DNA of 64,000 bases from an uncultured delta proteobacterium (GTDB lineage Bacteria; Myxococcota; Myxococcia; Myxococcales; Anaeromyxobacteraceae), in assembly GCA_963814585.1 (NCBI GenBank), contig CAWFDF010000011.1, forward strand, positions 128,001 to 192,000, given 5' to 3'. The position numbers and the translations under genes are program-made. Below the pieces are notes generated by a model. The model was given only the letters and a program-made list of their open reading frames with translations. It searched no databases and was not told the DNA's origin. Shown piece by piece: positions 47,375 to 58,020 of the stretch; the stretch's first letter is position 1; each line of letters opens with the position of its first letter.

Positions 47375-48014
47375 CGGCGTCGGCATAGCGGGTGTTGGCG
47401 AGCCAGGTCCGGATCGACGGCCGCTCCCAGATCCTCCTCGCCCAGGCGGCCAGGTGAGGCGGGACGGGATCGCCGGCGTGGACCAGGCGCATCAGCAGCA
47501 GCGAGAGGTCGGCGTCGGCCAGCGTGAACTGGCCGACGACGTGGCTGTCGGCGGTGGGGAGGAGGGCCGCGGCGATCCGGCAGAGCCGGTCGGCCGCCGC
47601 CCGGGCGGTGCGCGACAGCGGCCCGGGCTTCTCGCCGAGGAACATCTGCGCGGTGGTGCGCTCGGTGCGGACCGGCAGGAAGTCGGAGCGGACCAGCGCC
47701 TGCACCATGCGGACGCGGGCCCGGTCCCTGGGGTCGGCCGGGTAGAGGCGGGGGTGGCGGGGAGGCGGGAAGGCCTCCTCGAGGTACTCGTCGATGGCCG
47801 AGGACTCGGCCAGCCAGAAGTCGCCGTGGCGCAGCGCCGGCACGCGCCCGGTGATCGACCGGTCGCGGTACCCGGGGCGCTGGTGCTCCTGCTTCTCCAG
47901 CGAGACCAGCTTCATCGTGAAGGGGAGCCCCTTCTCGCGAAGCGCCACGAAGGCGGAGAAGACATAGGGGCTGGTCCAGCCGTCGTTGCCGTAGAGCACG
48001 ATCTCGTCGGACAT
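47253..48014 (-). CDS. yfcF: Glutathione S-transferase (YfcF-like)
   Basis: SPYVFSAFVALREKG, TGRVPAL, LAESSAIDEYL and RARVRMVQA..RSD. The 3' tail overlaps the convergent GNAT gene. Confidence 0.85.
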   Translation of the reverse strand: MSDEIVLYGNDGWTSPYVFSAFVALREKGLPFTMKLVSLEKQEHQRPGYRDRSITGRVPALRHGDFWLAESSAIDEYLEEAFPPPRHPRLYPADPRDRARVRMVQALVRSDFLPVRTERTTAQMFLGEKPGPLSRTARAAADRLCRIAAALLPTADSHVVGQFTLADADLSLLLMRLVHAGDPVPPHLAAWARRIWERPSIRTWLANTRYADAVSAGGAASSRSARPRRAAPAPAARPRGSSRGARRRPARKR

Positions 48015-48051
48015 GGCCAGCCTCCCTGGTCGGCGCGCCGGGCGCCCCCGC

Positions 48052-48723
48052 CTACTTGAGGATCTCGAGCAGCTCGACCTCGAAGTCGAGCGTGGCGCCC
48101 GGGGGGATCTCGGCGCCCGCGCCCCGATCGCCGTAGGCCAGCGCCGACGGGCAGACCAGCCGTGCCTTGCCGCCGACCTTGAGCTTCTGCACGCCCTCGG
48201 TCCAGCAGGGGATGACGCCCTTGAGCGGGAAGGTGGCCGGGCCGCCGTGGCGCGCCGAGGCGTCGAAGACCTTGCCGTCGACCAGCTTGCCCTCGTAGTT
48301 GACCTTCACCTGGGAGGCGACGGTCGGCGACGCGCCGGTCCCTTCCTTGATGGGGATGAAGATCAGGCCCGAGGCGGTCTTGACCGCGCCCGGCTCCTTG
48401 GCGGCCTTCTCCAGGTAGCCCTCGCCCTGCTTGGCCAGCGCGGCGCCCTGCACGGCGCGGCGCGCCATCACCAGCTGCTGGATGGCGGCCTGCTTCTCCT
48501 CCAGCTTCACCTCGGCCTTGCCGGCGGCGGCGTCCCGGACGCCGGCCACGACCAGCTCCAGCTCGACGGGGGTCAGGTTGAAGGGCTCCAGGCTCTTCTG
48601 GATGGCGACGCCGACGGCATAGATGGTCTTCTCGTCGTCGGTCTTCGGGGCGCCTCGCTGCGGGACCTGGTTGGTGCAGGCGGTGGCGAGAACGGCGGCG
48701 AAGGCGGCAGCAGTGAGTCTCAT
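48052..48723 (-). CDS. FKBP-type peptidyl-prolyl isomerase (lipoprotein-like signal)
   Basis: VKTASGL, VNYEGKLVDGKVFD, VIPCWTEG, LAYG and IPPGATLDFEVELL. LATAC lipobox. Confidence 0.92.
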   Translation of the reverse strand: MRLTAAAFAAVLATACTNQVPQRGAPKTDDEKTIYAVGVAIQKSLEPFNLTPVELELVVAGVRDAAAGKAEVKLEEKQAAIQQLVMARRAVQGAALAKQGEGYLEKAAKEPGAVKTASGLIFIPIKEGTGASPTVASQVKVNYEGKLVDGKVFDASARHGGPATFPLKGVIPCWTEGVQKLKVGGKARLVCPSALAYGDRGAGAEIPPGATLDFEVELLEILK

Positions 48724-48784
48724 GTGGACGGCATCCTTTCCTGGCCCGGGAAGGGGGCGTGAGGGAACGGCGGGCGTCTTACCA

Positions 48785-50680
48785 CTATTCCTCGAGCGTG
48801 GAGACATCGCCGTCGGGAAGCCCCTGCGCCCGCGCCTTGAGCACTCGCCTCATGATCTTGCCGGAGCGGGTCTTGGGCAGGCTGTCCACGAAGGTCACCT
48901 TCTCCGGCTTGACGATGGGGCCGAGGTGGGTGGCGACGTGGTTGCGGACCTGCTCGGCGAGGTCGTCGCTCGCCGTGAAGCCGTGCCGCAGCAGGCAGTA
49001 GCAGTGGATGGCCTGCCCCTTCACCTCATGGGGCAGGCCGATCACGGCCGCCTCGGCCACGGCCGGGTGGCTCACCAGCGCGCTCTCCACCTCGGCGGTG
49101 CCGAGCCGGTACCCGGAGACCTTGATGACGTCGTCGGTCCGGCCGATGACCCAGAAGTACCCGTCCTTGTCCTTCTTGGCGGCGTCGCCGGCGCAGTACA
49201 TCCCCGGGTAGGTCTTCCAGTAGGTCTCCTTGAAGCGCTCGTCCTCCCGGAAGATGGTCATGGCCGCCGCCGGCCAGGGGTTCTTGAGGACCAGGAAGCC
49301 CTCCTTCCCGGCCTCGACCTCGTTCCCCTTCTCGTCGAGGATGGCGGCGTCCTGCCCGAAGAAGGGCTTGCCGGCCGAGCCGGGCTTGAGCGGCATGGTC
49401 GGGACCGGAGTGAGCTGGAACATGCCGGTCTCGGTCTGCCACCAGGTGTCCATGATGGGACAGCGCCCCTTGCCGATCTCGCGGTGGTACCACTTCCAGG
49501 CCTCGGGGTTGATGGGCTCGCCCACCGAGCCGAGCATGCGGAGCGAGGAGAGATCGTGGCGGGCCGGCCAGGAGGCGCCGAAGCGCATCAGGCCGCGGAT
49601 GGCGGTGGGGGCGGTGTAGAGGATGGTGATGCCGTACTTCTCGATCAGCGACCACCACTTGTTCGGGTACGGGTAGGTGGGGGCGCCCTCGTACATGAAG
49701 GTGGTGGCGCCCAGCAGCAGCGGCCCGTAGACGATGTAGCTGTGGCCGGTGACCCAGCCGGGATCGGCGGCGCACCAGTAGCGATCCTCGTCCTTCATGT
49801 CGAAGACGTACTTGAGCGTCGAGTAGATGCCGGTCATGTAGCCGGCGTGGCCATGGACCAGCCCCTTGGGCTTCCCGGTGGTCCCCGAGGTGTAGAGGAT
49901 GTAGAGGGGGTCGTGGGCGTCCATCACCTCGGTCGGGCAGCTGCCGGTGGCCAGCGGCAGCTTCATCAGCTCGTGGTACCAGTAGTCCCGCCCCGCCTCC
50001 ATGCGGATCTCGTGGCCGGTCCGCTGCACCACGATGACGGTCTCGACGGTGGGGCAGCGGCGGACGGCGTCGTCCACCGTCTTCTTCAGCTCCACCACCT
50101 TGCCGTTCATGAACCCGCCGTCGGCGGTGAGCACCACCTTCGACTCGGAGTCCTCGATGCGCCCCTGCAGCGCGTCCACCGAGAAGCCGCCGTAGACCAC
50201 CGAGTGGACGGCGCCGATCTTGGCGCAGGCCAGCATGGCCACCACGATCTCGGGGATGCGCGGCATGTAGATGGTGACGCGGTCGCCCTTCTTCACGCCC
50301 ATGGCCTTGAGGACGTTGGCGAACTTGGAGACGTCGCGGTGGAGCGCGAAGTAGGAGTAGGTCCGGACCTCGCCGCGCTCGCCGACCCAGATCAGCGACA
50401 GCTTGTTCTTGCGCCAGGAGCGCTGGTGCCGGTCGAGGGCGTTGTGGATGATGTTGCACTGCGAGCCCTTGAACCAGCGGTAGAAGGGCGGGTTGGAGCG
50501 GTCGAGGACCTTGTCCCACTTGCGGTACCACTCGAGCTCCCCGGCCTCCTGGGCCCAGAATCCTTCCAGGTCGTCCGAGGCGCGCTTCGCCACCTCGCCC
50601 CAGTCCTTGATCCGGGCCTGGGCGGTGACCTCGGCGGTCGGGAAGATGACCTCGCCTTCCAGCTGCGGCTTGACGCTCAT
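48785..50680 (-). CDS. acs: Acetate--CoA ligase
   Basis: YTSGTTGKPKG, GWVTGHSYIVYGP, DTWWQTETG and LPKTRSGKIMRR (acetylatable Lys). Start MSVKPQ at 50680. Confidence 0.95.
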   Translation of the reverse strand: MSVKPQLEGEVIFPTAEVTAQARIKDWGEVAKRASDDLEGFWAQEAGELEWYRKWDKVLDRSNPPFYRWFKGSQCNIIHNALDRHQRSWRKNKLSLIWVGERGEVRTYSYFALHRDVSKFANVLKAMGVKKGDRVTIYMPRIPEIVVAMLACAKIGAVHSVVYGGFSVDALQGRIEDSESKVVLTADGGFMNGKVVELKKTVDDAVRRCPTVETVIVVQRTGHEIRMEAGRDYWYHELMKLPLATGSCPTEVMDAHDPLYILYTSGTTGKPKGLVHGHAGYMTGIYSTLKYVFDMKDEDRYWCAADPGWVTGHSYIVYGPLLLGATTFMYEGAPTYPYPNKWWSLIEKYGITILYTAPTAIRGLMRFGASWPARHDLSSLRMLGSVGEPINPEAWKWYHREIGKGRCPIMDTWWQTETGMFQLTPVPTMPLKPGSAGKPFFGQDAAILDEKGNEVEAGKEGFLVLKNPWPAAAMTIFREDERFKETYWKTYPGMYCAGDAAKKDKDGYFWVIGRTDDVIKVSGYRLGTAEVESALVSHPAVAEAAVIGLPHEVKGQAIHCYCLLRHGFTASDDLAEQVRNHVATHLGPIVKPEKVTFVDSLPKTRSGKIMRRVLKARAQGLPDGDVSTLEE

Positions 50681-50957
50681 CGGGGACTCCTGTCGCTGAC
50701 TGGGACTCGAGACGGTGGTCGCGCCGGGATGTGCACGCCTGGGGGACGTCGAGTAGGACCCGCGAGCGTAACAAAGGACCCTCGCTGGACCAAGCGAGCC
50801 CGACGACGCGGTGCGCCATGCCAGCGCTCCCCCCCCCGGGCCAGGGTCCGCCGGTCCGCTCGCCGCGCCAGGCGGCCCGCCACCCCTTCCCGCCCGGGTG
50901 AAGGCGCTGCAGCCACGGAATCGACCCCGGGGAGGGCGGCGGCTATCCTCGGCCCCG

Positions 50958-51884
50958 ATGCGCCGACCTCCCCAGCTTCGACGCGGTGACGTGGTCCGGG
51001 TCATCGCCCCTGGCAGCGGCTTCGAGCCCGCCTCCTTCCAGGCCGGCCTCGACGTGCTGCGGCATCGTCTCGAGCTCCGACCCCGCTTCCGCGACGACAT
51101 CACGGCGCGTGAAGGCTACCTGGCCGGCGGCGACGGGCGGCGGCTGGCCGAGTGGGACGAGGCGGTGGCCGACCCCGAGGCGAGGGCCATCTTCTGCGCC
51201 CGGGGCGGCTACGGGGCGATGCGGCTGCTCCCCGGCCTCGATCCGGCGCCGCTGCTGGCGAACCCGAAGCTGGTGGTGGGGTTCTCCGACGTCACCGCCA
51301 TCCACGCCCGGCTCAACGCCGCGGGCCTCGCCACCCTGCACGGGCCGGTGGTGACGCAGCTCGGCCGCGCACCCGCCGACGCCGTGGATCACCTGGCGGC
51401 CCTCCTCTTCGGTGAGGCGGGCGCGGCGTCGGCCGGGCGCGGGCTGGCCGCGACCGCGTCGATCCGGCCCGGGCGGGTCACCGGTCCCCTGCTGGGCGGG
51501 TCGCTCACGCTGCTCGCCCACCTCTGCGGCACGCCCTGGCTGCCGTCGCTCCGCGGCGCCATCCTCTTCATCGAGGACGTGGGCGAGCCGCCCTACAAGC
51601 TCGATCGCTACCTGACCCAGCTCCGGCTCTCCGGGGCGCTCGACGGCCTGGCCGGCGTGGCGGTCGGACAGCTCACCGGGTGCGACGGCGGCGACGGCGA
51701 GGCGGTGGCCACGGTGCGCCGCCTGGTGTCCGCGCTGGGCGTCCCGGCCATCGAGGGGCTGCCCGCCGGCCACGAGGACCGGAACTTCGCGCTGCCGCTC
51801 GGGCCAGCCGCCACGCTCGAGGCGCCCGCCCCGGGCGGTCCCGGCCAGCCCCGGCTCCGGTTCGACGGCGAGGCCGCCGCGTGA
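50958..51884 (+). CDS. ldcA: LD-carboxypeptidase (peptidase S66)
   Basis: ARGGYG, GFSDVT, HGP, EDVGE and GH catalytic motifs. Confidence 0.9.
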   Translation: MRRPPQLRRGDVVRVIAPGSGFEPASFQAGLDVLRHRLELRPRFRDDITAREGYLAGGDGRRLAEWDEAVADPEARAIFCARGGYGAMRLLPGLDPAPLLANPKLVVGFSDVTAIHARLNAAGLATLHGPVVTQLGRAPADAVDHLAALLFGEAGAASAGRGLAATASIRPGRVTGPLLGGSLTLLAHLCGTPWLPSLRGAILFIEDVGEPPYKLDRYLTQLRLSGALDGLAGVAVGQLTGCDGGDGEAVATVRRLVSALGVPAIEGLPAGHEDRNFALPLGPAATLEAPAPGGPGQPRLRFDGEAAA

Positions 51885-53038
51885 CGGCGGGGCCCAGCCT
51901 CCCCGCCGTGGCGGAGGCGCTGGAGGCGGGACGGCGCGAGGGCGTGGCCCCGGCCATCGTCGCGGCGGTGCGGCACGGCGGGGTGCTGGTCCACCAGGGC
52001 GGCCACGGGGAGCTGCCGGCCCCGGAGCCCCGGCCGGTCCGTCCCGGCGATCTCTTCGACGTGGCCTCGCTCACCAAGGTGCTCTGCACCACCACGCTCT
52101 GCGCGCAGGCGGTCCGGGAGGGCGCGCTCGAGCTCGACGCCCCGCTCTGCCGGTGGCTCCCCGGCTTCGCCGCCGCCGGCAAGGCAGGGGTCACCGTCCG
52201 TCACCTGCTGGCCCACTCGAGCGGCCTGCCCTGGTGGCGGCCGTATCACCTGGCGGCACCGGCCGAGGCCGATCCGGCCCGCCGCCGCGCCGCCGTCGTC
52301 GAGGCGCTGATGGCCGAGCCGCTCGAGGCGCCGCCTGCCACGCGGAGCGTCTACTCGGATCCCGGCTTCATGGCGCTGGGCCTGGCGCTGGAGGCGGCCC
52401 TGGGCGCCAGGTTGCCGGCGCTCTTCGAGGCCCGGGTGGCCGCGCCGCTCGGGATCCGCGACACCTTCTTCGTCGACGCGCTCGATCCGGCCGAGGCCTC
52501 GGCGCGCGCGGCCGGGCGGAGCTTCGCGCCGACCCGGCGCGAGGGTCCGCGGGGGCTGCGGCAGGGGACGGTGGACGACGACAACGCCTGGGCTTTGGGC
52601 GGCGCCGCCGGCCACGCCGGTCTCTTCTCCACCGCCCTCGACGTGGCCACCATCGGGCAGGCGTGGCTCGACGCGCTCGACGGCCGGACCTCGCCGGTTC
52701 CCTCCGCGACGGCACGCCGGTTCGCCGTCCGCGACGCCGCACCCGGCTCCTGCCGGGCCCTCGGCTGGGACACCCGCAGCCCGCAGGGCTCCACGCTGGG
52801 CGAGCGGATGGGCCGCGGACCGCGCGGCGCGCTCGGCCACCTCGGGTTCACCGGCTGCTCGCTCTGGCTCGATCTCGACGCCGGCGTGGTGGCGGTGCTG
52901 CTCACCAACCACGTCCACCCGGCGGGCAGCCACCGGGCCCTGATCAACGGGCTCCGGCGGCGCTTCCACGACGCCGTGGCGCGGGCGCTCGGGCTGGCGG
53001 AGCCGCTCGGTCCCGGCCCGGCGGAGGAGCAGGCGTGA
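51881..53038 (+). CDS. Beta-lactamase-family serine hydrolase
   Basis: FDVASLTK (SxxK), LLAHSSGL, YSD, AGHAGLFS and GHLGFTG. Confidence 0.88.
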   Translation: MTAGPSLPAVAEALEAGRREGVAPAIVAAVRHGGVLVHQGGHGELPAPEPRPVRPGDLFDVASLTKVLCTTTLCAQAVREGALELDAPLCRWLPGFAAAGKAGVTVRHLLAHSSGLPWWRPYHLAAPAEADPARRRAAVVEALMAEPLEAPPATRSVYSDPGFMALGLALEAALGARLPALFEARVAAPLGIRDTFFVDALDPAEASARAAGRSFAPTRREGPRGLRQGTVDDDNAWALGGAAGHAGLFSTALDVATIGQAWLDALDGRTSPVPSATARRFAVRDAAPGSCRALGWDTRSPQGSTLGERMGRGPRGALGHLGFTGCSLWLDLDAGVVAVLLTNHVHPAGSHRALINGLRRRFHDAVARALGLAEPLGPGPAEEQA

Positions 53039-54465
53039 TCGACTGGTCCAGGGTGAGGCGGGTCCACCTCATCGGCGTGTGCGGCACCGGCATGGGATCG
53101 TTCGCGGGGATGCTCCAGGAGGCCGGGCACGAGGTGACCGGCTCGGACGAGAACGTCTACCCACCCATGTCGACCCAGCTGGCGCGCTGGGGCATCGAGG
53201 CCATGAGCGGCTACGCCCCCTCGAACCTCGACCGGGCCCGCCCCGATCTCGTCGTCGTCGGCAACGTCATCCGGGAGGCCAACCCGGAGGCGGCCGCCAT
53301 GCGGGCCCGGGGGCTGGCGCACTGCTCCTTCCCGGCGGCGCTGGGGGAGCGCTTCATCGCCCCGCGCCACGGCGTGGTGGTGGTGGGGACGCACGGCAAG
53401 ACCACCACCAGCGCCATGATGGGCCGCCTGCTCCACCACGCCGGCCGCGACCCCTCCTTCCTGGTGGGCGGCGTCACCCGGGACTTCGAGTCGAACTTCC
53501 GGCTGGGCGGCGGTCCCCACTTCGTGGTCGAGGGGGACGAGTACGACACCGCCTACTTCGACAAGGGGCCCAAGTTCCTCCACTACCACCCGCGCACCGC
53601 CGTCTTCACCAGCTGCGAGCTGGACCACGCCGACATCTACCGGGACCAGGCGCACTACGAGGCGGCGTTCCAGCGCTTCGTGGCGCTGCTGCCTGACGAC
53701 GGCTTCCTGGCCGCCTGCGCCAGCTACCCGAGCGTGCTCCGCCTCGCCGGGCAGGCCCGCTGCCGGGTCGAGACCTACGCGGTCGACCAGCCGGGAGCCG
53801 ACTGGGAGGCCCGGGGCCTCGCGCTCGGCGCCGACGGGGCCCGCTTCACGCTGGTGCGCCGGGGCGCCGCCCTGGCCGAGGTGCACCTGCCGGTGGGAGG
53901 CGCGCACAACGTCGAGAACGCGCTCGGGGTGGCCGCGGCGGCCACGGCGCTGGGGCTCACGCCGGCCGAGATCGCGGCCGGGCTGGCCGCCTTCGGGGGC
54001 GTGAAGCGGCGCCAGGAGGTGCGCGGCCGGGCCGCTGGCGTCACCGTGATCGACGACTTCGCCCACCACCCCCGCGCGGTGAGGAAGACGCTGGCCGCGG
54101 TGGCCGGGACCTTCCCGGGGGCGCGGCTGCTGGCCTGCTTCGAGCCACGCTCCAACACCAGCCGGCGCAACCTGCACCAGCGCGACTACGCCGACCCGGC
54201 CACCTGGAGCGGCGCCGCCGGGGTCTTCCTGCTCCGGCCGGCTCCCACCGACCGGGTGCCGGAGGCCGAGCGGCTCGACATCGACGCCGTCTGCGCCTCG
54301 CTCGGCGCGGCGGGCACTCCGGCGGCGGCCTTCGGCACCGTCGAGGCGCTGGTCGCCGCGGTGGTGGCGGCGGCGTGGGCCGGCGACGTGGTGGTGGCCA
54401 TGTCGAACGGGGCCTTCGGCGGCGTCTGGGACCTGCTGCTGGCGGGGCTGGGCCGCGGCCATTAG
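53035..54465 (+). CDS. mpl: UDP-MurNAc:tripeptide ligase (murein peptide ligase)
   Basis: GVCGTGMG, YPPMSTQL, GTHGKTTT, EGDEYDTAYFDK, DDFAHHP, FEPRSNT and MSNG. Confidence 0.92.
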   Translation: MIDWSRVRRVHLIGVCGTGMGSFAGMLQEAGHEVTGSDENVYPPMSTQLARWGIEAMSGYAPSNLDRARPDLVVVGNVIREANPEAAAMRARGLAHCSFPAALGERFIAPRHGVVVVGTHGKTTTSAMMGRLLHHAGRDPSFLVGGVTRDFESNFRLGGGPHFVVEGDEYDTAYFDKGPKFLHYHPRTAVFTSCELDHADIYRDQAHYEAAFQRFVALLPDDGFLAACASYPSVLRLAGQARCRVETYAVDQPGADWEARGLALGADGARFTLVRRGAALAEVHLPVGGAHNVENALGVAAAATALGLTPAEIAAGLAAFGGVKRRQEVRGRAAGVTVIDDFAHHPRAVRKTLAAVAGTFPGARLLACFEPRSNTSRRNLHQRDYADPATWSGAAGVFLLRPAPTDRVPEAERLDIDAVCASLGAAGTPAAAFGTVEALVAAVVAAAWAGDVVVAMSNGAFGGVWDLLLAGLGRGH

Positions 54466-54474
54466 ATCGGCCGC

Positions 54475-55428
54475 ATGGCCAGCGACAAGCCCGGCGACGC
54501 CGACCTCCGGTCGAGGCTCACCCCGGAGCAGTACGCCGTCACGCAGCAGTGCGGCACCGAGCCGCCGTTCAGGAACGCCTACTGGGATCACCACGAGCCG
54601 GGGCTCTACGTCGACGTGGTCTCGGGCGAGCCGCTCTTCGCCTCGGGCGACAAGTTCGACTCCGGCACCGGCTGGCCCAGCTTCACCCGGCCGGTGGCGG
54701 GCAACGTGGTGGCGAGGCGGGACGTCGCCCACGGGATGGTCCGGACCGAGGTCCGCTCGCGCGCCGGCGACTCCCACCTGGGCCACCTCTTCGATGACGG
54801 GCCGCGTGACCGCGGCGGCCAGCGCTACTGCATCAACTCGGCCGCGCTCCGCTTCGTCCCCGCGGCGCGGCTGGAGGCGGAGGGGTACGGCCAGTTCGCG
54901 GCGCTCTTCCCCGCGGCGGCGCCCGCCGCGGCCGCGCCGGAGCGCGAGGTCGCGGTGCTGGCCGGCGGCTGCTTCTGGGGGATGCAGGACCTGCTCCGCA
55001 AGATCCCCGGCGTGCTCGAGACCGAGGCCGGGTACACCGGCGGCTGGCTCGAGAACCCGCGCTACCACGACACGCACCACGGCGCCTCGGGCCATGCCGA
55101 GTCGGTGCGGGTGGTCTTCGATCCGCGGCAGCTCGCCTACGAGGAGCTGCTGGAGCGCTGGTTCTTTCGCATGCATGACCCGACCACGGCCAACCGCCAG
55201 GGCAACGATCGTGGCACGCAGTACCGGAGCGCCATCTTCGTCGCCGACGAGCGGCAGCGGGCGTCGGCCGAGGCGGTCAAGGCGCGGGTGCAGGCCTCGG
55301 GGAGGTGGAAGGGGACCATCGTCACCGAGATCGCCCCGGCGACGGCCTGGTACCGTGCCGAGCCGGAGCACCAGGACTACCTGGAGAGGAACCCGGGCGG
55401 CTACACCTGCCACTACCTCCGGCCGTGA
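54475..55428 (+). CDS. msrAB: Bifunctional methionine sulfoxide reductase MsrB-MsrA
   Basis: MsrB: GTEPPF, GWPSF, HLGH, RYCINS. Msr[23 protein letters not shown]. Confidence 0.94.
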   Translation: MASDKPGDADLRSRLTPEQYAVTQQCGTEPPFRNAYWDHHEPGLYVDVVSGEPLFASGDKFDSGTGWPSFTRPVAGNVVARRDVAHGMVRTEVRSRAGDSHLGHLFDDGPRDRGGQRYCINSAALRFVPAARLEAEGYGQFAALFPAAAPAAAAPEREVAVLAGGCFWGMQDLLRKIPGVLETEAGYTGGWLENPRYHDTHHGASGHAESVRVVFDPRQLAYEELLERWFFRMHDPTTANRQGNDRGTQYRSAIFVADERQRASAEAVKARVQASGRWKGTIVTEIAPATAWYRAEPEHQDYLERNPGGYTCHYLRP

Positions 55429-55434
55429 GAAAAG

Positions 55435-55470
55435 CGGAGGCCCGGCCACCTCTCGGTGGCCGGGCCTCCG
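55435..55470 (-). terminator. Intrinsic terminator hairpin between convergent msrAB and cytochrome genes
   Basis: CGGAGGCCCGGCCACC-TCTC-GGTGGCCGGGCCTCCG, a perfect 16-bp stem, followed on the minus strand by CTTTT. Confidence 0.75.
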
Positions 55471-55500
55471 TGGGCTCCGAGGAGGGAGCTCCGCGCTACA

Positions 55501-56556
55501 TCAACGGTGGCAGGCCGCGCACATCCCGTTCTTGGAGATGTCGGCCTGGGTCTTCTTCCAGCTGGCGGGGTGCGGGCTCACGCCGGCGAAGCCGCCGACC
55601 TGGTGGCACTGGACGCAGATCGACGCGGCGCCCTGGTCATGGCAGCCGGCGCAGGTGACGACGTTCCTGCGAGCGGCGTCGCCGTGGAAGTTGCCGCTGG
55701 TCTTGTCGGTGCCCCAGCCGGCGGGGTGCGGGTTGCGGGGCACGGTGGTCGAGGTGGGCGGCTGGATCAGGTTCTGCTGCTCGTGGCAGGTGGCGCAGAA
55801 GTTGCTGCCGTGGCACTTCCGGCAGGAGGCCGGGTTGGCCTCGGCGTCCACCATGTGGCGCGACTGGTAGTCGCCGCGGTGGATGAGGTCCCGCTTGACG
55901 TCCTCGGGGTAGACGAAGGAGGGCTTGCCGGGCACCGTGGTGGGGCTGTGGCAGTCCCCGCAGAAGGTCTGCTCGTGGCACGCCGCGCAGCTCTCGACGC
56001 CCCCGCGGGCCAGGCCGCCGTGGAGCTTGAGGAACTCGCCCTGGTGCTTGAAGGACTCGACCGGCTTCGGGTACCGCTTCAGGTCCTGGTGGCAGCCGAT
56101 GCACCTGGCGGCCGCGAAGTCCTGGGCGTGGTTGTGGCAGCTGGTGCAGGCGTTCATCGAGGGCGGGTCGTACCCGGTGGACTGCGCCTCGGGCAGCGAG
56201 ACGTGGCAGCGAGCGCAGGCGTTCTTCTCGCCCTTGAGGCGGGCCAGGTGGCTGGCGTGGTTGAAGTTGAGGCCGGCGTCGAGGGTCCGGGACGGGACCT
56301 GCAGCTTGGGCATGGCGTCGTGACAGCCGGAGCAGACCTCGCTCTTCTTCGGCAGCTGCACGTGGCGGACGCGGCTCTCCAGGGAGGTGGCCTTGGCGAT
56401 GGGGGCGTGGCACTCCAGGCAGTCGACCTCGCCCTCGACGTGCGGGCTGTGGGGCATGACGAAGGGCGGATCGCGCCGGGGCTCCGGCTTGGTCTCCTTG
56501 GCGGTGCACGCGGCCAGCAGCGCCGCCGTGACCACCAGACCCAGGTGGCGGTTCAT
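55501..56556 (-). CDS. Multiheme c-type cytochrome lipoprotein (12 CXXCH)
   Basis: LAAC lipobox. CLECH, CSGCH, CARCH, CTSCH, CIGCH, CAACH, CGDCH, CRKCH, CATCH, CAGCH, CVQCH and CAACH. ATG overlaps the upstream TGA. Confidence 0.92.
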   Translation of the reverse strand: MNRHLGLVVTAALLAACTAKETKPEPRRDPPFVMPHSPHVEGEVDCLECHAPIAKATSLESRVRHVQLPKKSEVCSGCHDAMPKLQVPSRTLDAGLNFNHASHLARLKGEKNACARCHVSLPEAQSTGYDPPSMNACTSCHNHAQDFAAARCIGCHQDLKRYPKPVESFKHQGEFLKLHGGLARGGVESCAACHEQTFCGDCHSPTTVPGKPSFVYPEDVKRDLIHRGDYQSRHMVDAEANPASCRKCHGSNFCATCHEQQNLIQPPTSTTVPRNPHPAGWGTDKTSGNFHGDAARRNVVTCAGCHDQGAASICVQCHQVGGFAGVSPHPASWKKTQADISKNGMCAACHR

Positions 56557-57878
56557 CACTTCACCTCCCGCACGCGGTAGACGGAGTTGTAGACGAGCTT
56601 GATCATGCCGTCGACCTGCTTCTCGAAGTAGGGCGTGACCCCGGCCCGCCCCGCCGCCACCAGGCTCCAGGCCGTGGCCAGCCGGTAGCCGGCGGAGAGG
56701 GAGCCGATCAGCGAGTTCTTCTCCCCGTTGACCTCCTGCTCGAACATGTAGTCCGCCAGGTCCCCGGCGACGAAGAACCGGCCGAAGTCCTTGCGGCCGT
56801 AGGCGCGCAGGCCGGTGTAGCCGGACGGGCCGCTCTTCAGGTAGCTGACCTCGCCGCCGGCCACCGTGCCGTCGCGCGACCACTCGACGCGGGCCGCGGC
56901 CTCGCCGCCGAGGTCGGTCTCGTCCTCGATCTTGAGCGCGTGGTAGTCGAGGCTGGCGTGGAGGGCGCGGTTGAACTGGTAGCGCACGCCGCCGCCCATG
57001 GAGGTCCGGTTGGTGTCGGTGAAGACCGAGAGGATCGAGTTGCGCGCCAGGAAGAGGTCGGGCGAGGACTGGCGGACGTCGAGGTTGATGGTCAGCGCCC
57101 GCGTGGCGGAGATGAGCGCGGTGAGGTTGGCCTCGGCCAGCCGCTCGGCGTACAGGCTCCAGGTGGCGTTGCCGAGCAGCGAGAGCCTGTCGATGGGCTG
57201 GATGCGGAAGTCGACGCCGGCGTCCTGGCGGACCGGGTCGGAGTCATCCGTGACCGACACCATCGAGACGCCGAGGTCCAGGCCGCGCCCCGCCGTCCCG
57301 GTCAGCGCCAGCGTCCATCCGAGGCGGCCTCCCCAGGCCAGGTCGCCGCCGGCGGGGTTCCAGCTGGACGGCCCGCTGCGGGAGGAGAAGCGCTGCGAGA
57401 CCGGCACGCCGCCGTACACCGAGAGCGACAGCCCGGCCGGCAGCCGGATCTGGATGTCGCCGCCGTCGAGCTGGAGCATCCGGCCGGCGCCGGCGGCCAC
57501 GAACTCGCGGCCGACGCGGAGCTGCAGGCGGCCCTTCGCCAGCGTGCCGCGCACGTAGGCGGTGACGACGTCGCCGGAGTACTTGCCGGTGGTCCCGGAG
57601 TCCCAGCGCACCTCGCCGAGATCGGCCGCGCCCCAGCCCGAGAAGCTGATCTCGAGGTCCTGGAAGAGCGGGTTCCTCACCTCGCGGGCCGAGACCTGGA
57701 GGATCTCGTAGAGCGGGGCCACGGTCACGAGCTCCGGCTCCTGGCCGGCCGGCGCTCCGCGCAGCTGCTGGCCCGCGGAGAGCACCGTGGTGGAGGTGGC
57801 CTCGATCACGTCCGCCCGGGCCGCGAGCGAGGTGGCCAGGAGGAGTGCGGAGGCGGCAAGGCGTACGGAGGTGCGCAT
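56556..57878 (-). CDS. Outer-membrane beta-barrel protein (putative porin of a porin-cytochrome conduit)
   Basis: Signal peptide (...SLAARA), many alternating amphipathic strands with aromatic ends, coupled to the multiheme cytochrome. Confidence 0.7.
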   Translation of the reverse strand: MRTSVRLAASALLLATSLAARADVIEATSTTVLSAGQQLRGAPAGQEPELVTVAPLYEILQVSAREVRNPLFQDLEISFSGWGAADLGEVRWDSGTTGKYSGDVVTAYVRGTLAKGRLQLRVGREFVAAGAGRMLQLDGGDIQIRLPAGLSLSVYGGVPVSQRFSSRSGPSSWNPAGGDLAWGGRLGWTLALTGTAGRGLDLGVSMVSVTDDSDPVRQDAGVDFRIQPIDRLSLLGNATWSLYAERLAEANLTALISATRALTINLDVRQSSPDLFLARNSILSVFTDTNRTSMGGGVRYQFNRALHASLDYHALKIEDETDLGGEAAARVEWSRDGTVAGGEVSYLKSGPSGYTGLRAYGRKDFGRFFVAGDLADYMFEQEVNGEKNSLIGSLSAGYRLATAWSLVAAGRAGVTPYFEKQVDGMIKLVYNSVYRVREVK

Positions 57879-57979
57879 CGGGACCTCGACAGCTCGTAGG
57901 TGCATGTAGAGCCTACCCCGGCAGAGGGGTTCGGCCGGGTGACCCGCGGAACCATGACACAGGGGCAGGGCGAGCGGAC

Positions 57980-57993
57980 TTGATCAAGATCAG
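57980..57993. promoter_or_regulatory. FNR/CRP-family binding site
   Basis: TTGAT-CAAG-ATCAG (one mismatch to TTGAT-N4-ATCAA), plus an adjacent TTGAT half-site, in the divergent intergenic region. Confidence 0.6.
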
Positions 57994-58020
57994 TTGATCG
58001 ACAAAAGGACCATTTAGGCC

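Noticed and set aside
51881..53038. Acquired beta-lactam resistance gene
   Set aside because: It sits between ldcA and mpl with host-like composition, so a peptidoglycan-recycling hydrolase is more likely.
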